DNA from: Eledone cirrhosa
Lineage: Eukaryota
Direction of reading: 5' to 3'
Length of the DNA stretch: 64,000 nucleotides
Assembly: GCA_964016885.1 (NCBI GenBank)
Contig: OZ024744.1
Coordinates: forward strand, 94,860,001-94,924,000
Below the pieces are notes generated by a model. That model had not been told where the DNA came from and made no database searches. It saw nothing but the letters and a program-made list of their open reading frames with translations. Below, piece by piece: positions 53,801-64,000 of this stretch (position 1 is the first letter of the stretch; every line of letters starts with the position of its first letter). The position numbers and the translations under genes are program-made.

Positions 53801-56800
53801 TGCTAAATCTAATACTGTGTAGTTCTAAATCTAATATTGTGTAGTTCTAAATCTAATACTGTGTAGTTCTAAATCTAATACTGTGTAGTTCTAAATCTAA
53901 TACTGTGTAGATCTAAATCTAATACTGTGTAGATCTAAATCTAATACTGTGTAGTTCTAAATCTAATACTGTGTAGATCTAAATCTAATACTGTGTAGTT
54001 CTAAATCTAATACTATGTAGTTATAAATTTAATATTGTGTAGTTCTAAATTTAATACTGTGTAGTTCTAAATCTAATATTGTGTAGTTCTAAATCTAATA
54101 CTGAGTAGTTCTAAATCTAATACTGTGTAGTTCTAAATCTAATACTGTGTAGTTCTAAATCTAATATTGTGTAGTTCTAAATCTAATATTGTGGAGTACT
54201 AAATCTAATACTGTGTAGTTCTAAATCTAATACTGTGTAGTGCTAAATCTAATACTGTGTAGTGCTAAATCTAATATTGTGTAGTTCTAAATCTAATACT
54301 ATGTAGTTCTAAATCTAATACTGTGTAGTTCTAAATCTAATACTGTGTAGATCTAAATCTAATACTATGTAGTTCTAAATCTAATACTGTGTAGTGCTAA
54401 ATCTAATATTGTGTAGTTCTAAATCTAATACTGTGTAGATCTAAATCTAATACTGTGTAGTTCTAAATCTAATATTGTGTAGTTCTAAATCTAATACTGT
54501 GTAGTTCTAAATCTAATATTGTGTAGTTCTAAATCTAATACTGTGTAGTTCTATATCTAATATTGTGTAGTTCTAAATCTAATATTGTGTAGTTCTAAAT
54601 CTAATATTGTGTAATTCTAAATCTAATACTGTGTAGTGCTAAATCTAATACTGTGAGGTTCTAAATCTAATATTGTGTAGTTCTAAATATAATACTGTGT
54701 AGTTCTAAATATAAGACTATGTAGTTCTAAATATAATACTGTGTACTTCTAAATCTAATACTATGTAGTTCTAAATCTAATACTGTGTAGTTCTAAATCT
54801 AATACTGTGTAGTTCTAAATCTAATACTGTGTAGTTCAACATCTAATACTGTGTAGTTCTAAATCCAATACTATGTAGTTCTAAATCTAATATTGTGTAG
54901 TTCTAAATCTAATACTGTGTAGTTCTAAATCTAATACTGTGTAGTTCTAAATCTAATACTGTGTAGTTCTAAATCTAATATTGTGTAGTTCTAAATCTAA
55001 TACTGTGTAATTCTAAATCTAATGTGTAGTTATAAATCTAATACTGTGTAGTTCTAAATCTAATACTGTGTAGTTCAACATCTAATACTGTGTAGTTCTA
55101 AATCCAATACTATGTAGTTATAAATTTAATATTGTGTAGTTCTAAATTTAATACTGTGTAGTTCTAAATCTAATATTGTGTAGTTCTAAATCTAATACTG
55201 TGTAGTTCTAAATCTAATACTGTGTAGTTCTAAATCTAATACTGTGTAGTTCTAAATCTAATATTGTGTAGTTCTAAATCTAATACTGTGTAATTCTAAA
55301 TCTAATGTGTAGTTCTAAATCTAATATTGTGTAGTTCTAAATCTAATACTGTGTAGTTCTAAATCTAATACTGTGTAGTTCTAAATCTAATAATATGTAG
55401 TTCTAAATCTAATAATATGTAGTTCTAAATCTAATACTGTGTAGTTCTAAATCTAATATTGTGTAGTTCTAAATCTAATACTGTGTAGTTCTAAATCTAA
55501 TACTGTGTATTTCTAAATTTAATATTGTGTAGTTCTAAATTTTAGTACTGTGTAGTTCTAAATCTAATACTGTGTAGTGCTAAATCTAATACTGTGTAGT
55601 TCTAAATCTAATACTGTGTAGTTATAATCTAATACTGTCTAGTTCTAAATCTAATACTGTGTAGTTCTAAATCTAATATTGTGTAGTTCTAAATCTAATA
55701 CTGTGTAGTTCTATATCTAATATTGTGTAGTTCTAAATCTAATATTGTATAGTTCTAAATCTAATATTGTGTAATTCTAAATATAATACTGTGTAGTTCT
55801 AAATCTAATACTGTGTAGTGCTAAATCTAATACTGTGAGGTTCTAAATCTAATATTGTGTAGTTCTAAATCTAATACTGTGTAGTTCTAAATATAATACT
55901 GTGTAGTTCTAAATATAATACTATGTAGTTCTAAATATAATACTGTGTAGTTCTAAATCTAATACTGTGTAGTTCTAAATCTAATACTATGTAGTTCTAA
56001 ATCTAATACTGTGTAGTTCTAAATCTAATATTGTGAAGTTCTAAATCTAATACTGTGTAGTTCTAAATCTAATACTGTGTAGTTCTACATCTAATACTGT
56101 GTAGTTCTAAATCTAATACTATGTAGTTATAAATCTAATATTGTGTAGTTCTAAATTTAATACTGTGTAGTTCTAAATCTAATATTGTGTAGTTCTAAAT
56201 CTAATACTGTGTAGTTTTAAATCTAATACTGTGTAGTTCTAAATCTAATATTGTGTAGTTCTAAATCTAATACTGTGTAGTTCTAAATCTAATACTGTGT
56301 AGTTCTAAATCTAATACTGTGTAGTTCTAAATCTAATACTGTGTAAGTTCTAAATCTAATACTGTGCAGTTCTAAATCTAATACTGTGTAGTACTAAATC
56401 TAATACTGTGTAGTTCTAAATCTAATACTATGAAGTTCTGAATCTAATACTGTGTTATTCTAAATCTAATACTATGTAGTTATAATTCTAATACTGTGTA
56501 GTTCTAAATCTAATACTGTGTAGTTCTAAATCTAATACTGTGTAGTTCTAAATCTAATACTGTGTAAGTTCTAAATCTAATACTGTGTAGTTCTAAATCT
56601 AATACTGTGTAGTACTAAATCTAATACTGTGTAGTTCTAAATCTAATACTATGAAGTTCTGAATCTAATACTGTGTTATTCTATATCTAATACTATGTAG
56701 TTATAATTCTAATATTGTGTAGGTCTAAATCTAATACTGTGTAGTCCTAAATCTAATACTGTGTAGTTCTAAATCTAATATTGTGTACTACTAAATCTAA

Positions 56801-57858
56801 TACTGTGTAAGTTCTAAATGTAATACTGTGTAGTTCTAAATCTAATACTGTGTAGTTCTAAATCTAATATTGTGTAGTACTAAATCTAATATTGTGTAGT
56901 GCTAAATCTAATACTGTGTAGTTCTAAATCCAATATTGTGTAGTTCTAAATCTAATATTGTGTAGTTCTAAATATAATTGTTTCTACTTTTGGCACAAGG
57001 CCAGCAATCACCCAGTGTATTACTGGTACTTTATTTTATCGACCCCGTGAGGATGAAAGGCAAAGTCAACCTCGGCGGGATTTGATCTCAGATCGTAAAG
57101 GGACGTAACTATGCTGGAAAGCATGGCGTCCGACCCTCTACCGATACTGCCAATCCTTCTAAATATAATACTGTGTAGTTCTAAATCTAATATTTTGTAG
57201 TTCTAAATCTAATATTGTGTAGGTCTAAATCTAATATTGTGTAGTTCTAAATCTAATATTGTGTAGTTCTAAATCTAATATTGTGTAGCTTAAATCTAAT
57301 ATTGTGTAGTGCTAAATCTAATATTGTGTAGGTCTAAATCTAATATTGTGTAGTGCTAAATCTAATATTGTGTAGTTCTAAATCTAATATTGTGTAGCTC
57401 TAAATCTAATATTGTGTAGTGCTAAATCTAATATTGTGTAGTTCTAAATATAATACTGTGTAGTTCTAAATCTAATATTTTGTAGTTCTAAATCTAATAT
57501 TGTGTAGGTCTAAATCTAATATTGTGTAGTTCTAAATCTAATATTGTGTAGTTCTAAATCTAATATTGTGTAGCTTAAATCTAATATTGTGTAGTGCTAA
57601 ATCTAATATTGTGTAGGTCTAAATCTAATATTGTGTAGTGCTAAATCTAATATTGTGTAGTTCTAAATCTAATATTGTGTAGCTCTAAATCTAATATTGT
57701 GTAGTGCTAAATCTAATATTGTGTAGTGCTAAATCTAATATTGTGTAGCTCTAAATCTAATATTGTGTAGTGCTAAATCTAATATTGTGTAGCTCTAAAT
57801 CTAATATTGTGTAGTGCTAAATCTAATATTGTGTAGTGCTAAATCTAATATTGTGCAG
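35875..57858. repeat. Intronic satellite, 22-bp unit CTAAATCTAATACTGTGTAGTT, about 1000 copies (22 kb)
   Basis: Seen directly; the ORF track shows no ORF across it. Confidence 0.98.
56979..57156 (-). mobile_element. Young Nin/Deu SINE inserted in the satellite
   Basis: Perfect 13-bp TSD TTCTAAATATAAT (56966-56978 and 57157-57169). Confidence 0.9.
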
Positions 57859-58333
57859 TAAGTTTACATGTTTGTCTCAAACACTCTCCGTCTCTCTCTT
57901 ACGTGGTAAATCTAATAAAGGACAATAAATAAAAACAGTTCATTTAATGGTTTTTTTCTAGAAATAAAACACTATTCTCTGGAATGAAATATTTATGTAT
58001 AATTATAACATTGTAACACTGTATGTTGTAAATTTCATATCTTATTGAACATTGCCACAAAAACTGATTCTCAAAAATAGTATATTATGTGAAAATAGAG
58101 ATATCAAAGTTCAAACATTAAATGTGTTAACCTTTTGGTTACCATATTTTTAACGAAAGACACTGTATATGTCATTCACCCATCCATTACTGTAGTCCTA
58201 ATGAAAAACACTACCTATGTCATTATCCACTAGGTTAATTGGAAAGTGTATACAGGCCATCCACTTTGATTGAACAAAAAGGTGTTCAAGTTGTGATTAT
58301 CCACACTTTAGAAAGGCACAATGTACCTAGCAT

Positions 58334-58520
58334 CATAATTGATTCTACTTTAGGCACAAGGCCAGCAATTACCCAGTACATTACTGGTACTTTATTTTAT
58401 CGACCCCGTAAGGATGAAAGGCAAAGTCAACCTCGGCGGGATTTGAACTCAGATCGTAAAGGGACGTAACTATGCTGGAAAGCATGGCGTCCGACCCTCT
58501 ACCGATTACTGCCAATCCAC
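58334..58520 (-). mobile_element. Nin/Deu SINE
   Basis: Full-length family copy. Confidence 0.85.
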
Positions 58521-58539
58521 AAGGATATGGTCCGAACGT

Positions 58540-59330
58540 GGAAGGGCCGAACTCCCACTGTCATCGCCTCCATCTCTCTCACCCTCCCCATCTCTCTCTG
58601 TATGGTGAACAAATGGGGTCCCACGTGTTGGCCTCCCCACCGACCTGGCAGACAGAATGGAGAAGGAGGCGTTTTCCCCGGAGGATGGTAAGGCAGATGT
58701 GTTGGAAGAGCCATTCCAACTCGCGAGGCTCACACCTGCGGCTGGCCAGCTCAGCGGCTATGGTGGTGAATAGGGAGGTAGCCCTAGGGCCAAAGACACC
58801 AGAAGTTTCCACTGCCAAGAGCACAACTGTGAACCTGTCGGAGAGTGAGCCTGGCCTCGGACGGGCTCATGCGCCTGCTCAACCAGCACCGCCTTGCCTG
58901 TTTTCCCACGGCCTCCAAACCCCACAGTGGTGCCTGGCTCGATGTCTTGCCCTCCTTCTCCACTGGCACGCAGCTGGATAACGATAGCCTGCGCATCAGT
59001 ATTTCCTTGAGACTTGGACATAAATGTCGCTGTGGATCCAGGTGTGGACTCTTTTGGCCTCTAACCACTTTCCTGTCGCCACAGTGCCGGCTGCCTTCAT
59101 TGCCATGCTGCCCTCAACGAAGTCATAAAGCATGGCTTGGACACTGCAGGCTTCTGCTCCCAGTTTGAACTGGTAGGGCTGGACTGAGGGGATGGCCAAA
59201 GGCCAGACGGCATGACCATCTTCCCGTTCCGCGGTGGCAAACCCCTCGTCTGGGATGCCACTTGCAGCGACACCTTCTCCAGCCGCAACCTGGTGCAGAG
59301 TGCGACTAACTCAGGTTCTGCTGCATTATC
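58540..59330. mobile_element. CRE-like non-LTR retrotransposon C-terminal fragment (restriction-like endonuclease), internally inverted
   Basis: Plus strand: SGAWLDVLP..ISLRLG..CRCG..HAALNEVI..RPDGMTIFPFRGGKPLVWDATCSDTF. Minus strand (58640-58835): LAVETSGVFGP..EPRELEWLFQHICLTILRG(N)AS. GC-rich and frameshifted. Confidence 0.75.
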
Positions 59331-59489
59331 CACTTGGTTATCATATTTCTAATGAAAGATACTGACAATCTCATTAATCTTTTTGGTTATCATCTATAAT
59401 ATTATAAAGCTGAGTGTCGTGTGTATTATGTATTATGTATGTATCCTACACATCTCTCTATAGTTTGTTAGCTTGACTTCTGGCGTCAC

Positions 59490-59648
59490 GCAGTAATACA
59501 GGGTACCCGTCCTCCCATGGGTACATGCTGAAGCATATAAACAATATGCCCCCCCCCACCGCAAGGTGGTCGTGGAGGTGCCACGGCAAAAAAGCGCCCA
59601 GCCCACACTGTAAAGTGGACGTGTAGGTGCCACGAAAAAGCACCCAGC
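59490..59648 (+). mobile_element. 5' part of the RTE-tailed SINE, running into the gap at its 48-bp repeat unit
   Basis: Matches 35125-35270 and the 25792 array unit. Confidence 0.7.
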
Positions 59649-59848
59649 NNNNNNNNNNNNNNNNNNNNNNNNNNNNNNNNNNNNNNNNNNNNNNNNNNNN
59701 NNNNNNNNNNNNNNNNNNNNNNNNNNNNNNNNNNNNNNNNNNNNNNNNNNNNNNNNNNNNNNNNNNNNNNNNNNNNNNNNNNNNNNNNNNNNNNNNNNNN
59801 NNNNNNNNNNNNNNNNNNNNNNNNNNNNNNNNNNNNNNNNNNNNNNNN
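59649..59848. other. Assembly gap (200 N)
   Basis: Run of N. Confidence 1.
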
Positions 59849-60018
59849 TTAACAAATGTTTTTACATAAAAATTATGATGAAAGGTTTTTACATAAATAT
59901 AAACTCTTTAAAATAAACAGTTTTCTATCATAGAACCACGGACAGTTTCAAGTATTTTTTGTATCAATAGACTTAAAGTAGGGAATATTCTTGTAAAATA
60001 AATATTTAAATAACATAC

Positions 60019-60070
60019 TTCCTGTATTTCTTAACATTTCAATTCGTGCTTCAGCCTTCATTTTCGCTGT
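60019..60070 (-). CDS. FCHSD2: FCHSD2/Nwk exon: TAKMKAEARIEMLRNTG
   Basis: Acceptor ctgttacag, donor gtatgt, 52 nt, phase 0-1; KAEAR motif typical of the family. Confidence 0.88.
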
Positions 60071-60469
60071 CTGTAACAGATTTAACACAAAAAAATATAT
60101 TAGAGAGGTTGAAATTTTATGATATATATCTGCAGTATTATATTTACAGTATTATCTCTCAACACCATGTAAATGATTTAACAGGAAATATCTAAAAATG
60201 GGTTTGTTAATTCAAATATTTATAGTATCTTTACTGGAGGACAGATTGTTGTGAAAATTTGCAGTATTAAGGTAAAGATTCTAATATTTAATGTGAAGAG
60301 GTCATAGTACTTTTCAAGAATGTCTTGGTAATGTGGTTTCATATGGTACAGGATGTTCAGAATTAGTATGATACAGTCATAGTGTTACTTTGTACATTTC
60401 AAGAATGTCTTGCTAATGTGGTTTCATGTGGATGTTAAGAGATAAAATTCAACAAAAGATGAAATTCGA

Positions 60470-61232
60470 CTTGCACTTGATAGGTTTGATGCCAAGTGCT
60501 GCAAAAACTGAGACACTCGTCCTCTCAAGCAAGCCTGCACAGTGCACTCTACATGTGAATGGAGTTCCACTGAAGCAGGTAGAGAAGTTCAAGTATCTCT
60601 GGGTTATGTTCATGAGTGGTAGAAGGCAGGCGGCTGAATTAAATGCAAGAATTGCAAAAGCTGGTGCATTCAGTCTCCTGCCTTCCATCACTCTTGAACA
60701 CGGCCTCGAGATACTTGAACCTCTTTACCTGCTTCAGTGGAACTCCATTCACATGTAGAGTGCACTGTGCAGGCTTCCTTGAGAGGTCAAGAGTCTCAGT
60801 TTTGGGTAATGACCGAAAGAAAGCAATCGTGAATATAATTGGCCAAAATGGAATTCCTCCGATGGGTCTTTGGAGTAACATTATGCAATAGAGTATGTAG
60901 CTTGGAGATCAGAGAATCACTCCAGGTAGAGCTGCTACTTCTCAGAATTGAGAGATTACATCTTCGATATTATGAGCATGTAGTTAGAATGTCTCGGGAA
61001 AGAATCACTGGACAGATTTTACAGGCAAAAAACCAACAGGTAGGAGACCCAGGAGTAGAACGCTAGCAAGATGGTTGGATAACATCCATGAGTTTGGCAG
61101 GTCTCGCTTGGGGATCCAGCCCAATCAGTTGGAGATGGTTACTTCTGACAGGACTCGCTGGAAGGAGTGTTTGAAGAGTCTGCTCCCCACGACCCTCTCC
61201 CATGAATAAGTGGGCAAAGAAGAAGGAAGAGG
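60470..61232 (+). mobile_element. RTE LINE 3' fragment with an internal inverted duplication
   Basis: KTETLVLSSKPAQCTLHVNGVPLKQVEKFKYL on plus and again on minus, then MEFLRWVFGVTL..RLHLRYYEHVVRMS and a (GAA)n tail. Confidence 0.85.
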
Positions 61233-61279
61233 TGGGTAGTGTGCAGCTTTCCCCTAACCATAAACTTTGACACACTTAC

Positions 61280-61372
61280 TTCAGCTCTTCTAATATTCTG
61301 TTTCAATTCTTCTAATTGGGACTCAGCATCTTGTCCAACACTGTCACTTTTCTCTGCACCAGTTCCTCCACT
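61280..61372 (-). CDS. FCHSD2: FCHSD2/Nwk exon, coiled coil after the F-BAR domain: SGGTGAEKSDSVGQDAESQLEELKQNIRRAE
   Basis: Acceptor ttcccttcgacag, donor gtaagt, 93 nt, phase 0-0, no stop. Confidence 0.85.
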
Positions 61373-61404
61373 CTGTCGAAGGGAAAGAAAACATAATCAC
61401 ATGA

Positions 61405-61935
61405 ATCATCATCATCGCACCATCATCATCACACCATCATCATCATCATTATCATCAACATCACACCATCATCATCATTATCATCAACATCACCATCTTT
61501 ATCATTACCATCATCATCATCATCATCACTATCATTATCATCAACATCACCATCATCATCTCATTATCATCATCATCATCACCAGTGCCAACATCAACAT
61601 CATCACAATTGCCATCATCAAAATCACCACCACCACCACCACCACCACCATCATCATCATCACCATCAACATCAGCATCAGCATCACCATAATCACCACC
61701 ACCACCACTATAGCCATCATCATCACCACCACCACCACCACCACCACCACCACCACCATCACAATCATCATCATCATCATCATCATCACCACTATCATCA
61801 TCACCACCATCATCATCATTGTCACCATTGACATCATCAACATCTTCATCGCCATCCTCATCACCACCACCACCACCACCAACACTTTCACCACCATCAC
61901 CGCCACCACCACCAACACTTTCACCATCACCACAC
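61405..61935. repeat. (CAT/CAC)n compound trinucleotide repeat
   Basis: Seen directly; begins about 30 bp upstream of an exon acceptor. Confidence 0.9.
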
Positions 61936-62114
61936 AATAATGGGTGGTTCTGGTTCTATGAAATAAAACCACCCATTTTAAAGGTTTCCAATTTAAATTA
62001 AAATCTCCCAACATAATTTTATATAAGAACTTTACATTAAGTTATTATTTTAGCAATGAAATAATTGATAATTTTAGTAAATCCCTCAAAATTCTTCATT
62101 AATTAATTAAAACA

Positions 62115-62296
62115 GGTGGATTGGCAGTATCGGTAGAGGGTCGGACGCCATGCTTTCCAGCATAGTTACGTCCCTTTACGATCTGATTTCAAATCCCGCC
62201 GAGGTTGACTTTGCCTTTCATCCTTACGGGGTCGATAAAATAAAGTACCAGTAATGCACTGGGTAATTGCTGGCCTTGTGCCTAAAGTAGAAACAA
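62115..62296 (+). mobile_element. Young Nin/Deu SINE inserted in an older MITE
   Basis: TSD ATTAATTAATTAAAACAG on both sides; A box intact. Confidence 0.9.
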
Positions 62297-62641
62297 TTAA
62301 TTAATTAAAACAGACTATATTTCATTAGAAATGTGGCCATGAAAGAGTTAAATAATTGGTTAGACAAGTTGTCACATTTTAAGATTTGAAAAATCAGATG
62401 ATTATATCTTGCTTATACATTTCATTTTACAATGGTTTCTACAGTTAGATGCCGGTCCTAACAGCGACCACTTTTATAGAATGTAATATGAACGTATGTT
62501 TCTGTTTCACCAAAGCAGTTGATGAATGAAAGACACACACACAAAAAAAAGGCTAATGAAGACTTCTTAGTCTTGCTGAGAACACGACAACCTGTTAATG
62601 AAATGCACCTCCAGTACACTCTGTAAAGTGGTCGATGTTAG

Positions 62642-62982
62642 CAGTGCTGGATTTACCATTGTGCTCAGTATACTCAGCTGAAAATGAGTACCAGCAATAG
62701 CTGGGGGTTTAACCCTGCGATGAACTGGCATCCTGTTCAGGGGTCAGTCTTGTACTTTCAGTTGCTTCACACCATGAAACCAGGATAAGCACCAACCAAA
62801 TGAGTCTTCTGGCTTAAGACAGACTTTAGACTTAGGTGTACTTAAGCACAGGGCCCTGTTGGTCAGGAAATGGGCCCACCTTCCTGCCCCCCCCCCCCAT
62901 TTTTTTACAGTGAATTTTTCAAATGTTTTGGGCCTCATAACTTAACTAGCACAGGGCCTCATTTGTCCTAAATCCAGCACTG
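62642..62982. mobile_element. hAT-type MITE nested in a SINE and carrying a SINE fragment
   Basis: Perfect 14-bp TIR CAGTGCTGGATTTA/TAAATCCAGCACTG; 8-bp TSD gatgttag/ggtgttag. Confidence 0.8.
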
Positions 62983-63129
62983 GGTGTTAGGAAGGGTGTC
63001 AAGCCAGGGAAACCAGAAACCATTATAAGCAGAACACTGCTTCTGGTCCATTTAAGAGAAAAATAACTCAAGATAGGAACAGGTCCAGAGCATGACAATC
63101 CACGCAACTTATTCTAGCAGGAAAGGCAG

Positions 63130-63233
63130 ATGTTGTTGTTGTTAATGATGACAATGTTGATGATGATGATGATGATGACTACGATGATGACGATGACTGA
63201 TGATGATGATGATGATGATGAAAATGATACTGG

Positions 63234-63264
<31 letters not shown>

Positions 63265-63571
63265 AATGATACTGGTGATGATGATGATGATGATGATGAT
63301 GAAAATGATACTGGTGATGATGATGAAAATGATAATAATGATGATGATACTGATGATGAAGTTGATGATGATGATTATCATAATAATAAATGTTTCTACT
63401 TTTGGGACAAGGCCAGCAATTACCCCAGTACATTACTGGTACTTTATTTTATTGACCCCGTAAAGATGAAAGGCAAAGTTAATCTCGGAGGGATTTGAAC
63501 TCAGAATGCAAAGGGCCATAACTCTATGCTGCAAAGCATGGTGTCTGACGCTCTACCGATACTGCCAATCT
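63130..63571. repeat. (GAT)n region followed by a minus-strand Nin/Deu SINE (63380-63571)
   Basis: Seen directly. Confidence 0.8.
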
Positions 63572-64000
63572 CAATAATAATGAACCCAGAACCAACTGGT
63601 TGTGAAGTGAACTCTTTAACCACTCAGCCATGACTCTGTACATATACAAACAAATTCAAGTTATGATTTAACCAAATATGGCAGGGACAAAGACTGATTA
63701 GGTGAGTGTAGAACCCCCCGCTCCTCCTCCCACCCCCCAAAAAATCTTTATAAATAACACCATGGTTTTCTCTAAACTAAACTAAAAAAAAAATACATTT
63801 AAATATCAAAATTAATGAATATAGAAGATGAAAAAAAACATGAAAAACCAAACAAACAAATAATAATACCAACTCTAAAAAAACCCCAAACAAACAAAAA
63901 ACACAACAAACAAATATCCCGCCCCACCCCCACCCAAGAAACTTGAACACTTTTGAATAAAGTAGAAACACATATAAACAGGTTTTGCTAGATTTTATGT

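Noticed and set aside
35875-57858. Telomeric or centromeric identity of the satellite
   Set aside because: No TTAGGG arrays; centromere function cannot be inferred from sequence, and the array sits in an intron.
58472-59333. GC-rich host gene or horizontally acquired bacterial gene
   Set aside because: Motifs match a frameshifted RLE-type retrotransposon fragment.
62115-62200. tRNA gene
   Set aside because: The A/B boxes belong to a SINE head; no cloverleaf.

Overview
AT-rich, repeat-dense eukaryotic DNA; the SINE/MITE landscape suggests an octopod cephalopod (inference). One protein-coding gene spans the window on the minus strand: an FCHSD2/Nervous wreck (Nwk)-type protein with two SH3 domains. 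Eight phase-compatible exons were read (61372 to 5304); the N-terminal F-BAR exons and the stop codon were not found and probably lie outside the window. The introns hold a 22-kb satellite of a 22-bp unit with nested multi-kb duplications, and three tandem arrays each grown from inside a different transposon class (piggyBac-like MITE, RTE endonuclease, RTE-tailed SINE). They also hold a dead DD37D/maT transposase, a rearranged CRE-like retrotransposon fragment, many SINEs and MITEs, and a 200-N gap. Most notable: Penelope-type minimal hammerhead ribozyme motifs, two of them in an inverted repeat pair bracketing the SH3 exons; a U6 snRNA 3' end fused to an RTE-type tail; many near-perfect palindromes; and candidate microexons and alternative acceptors. 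All calls are by eye, with no database search.
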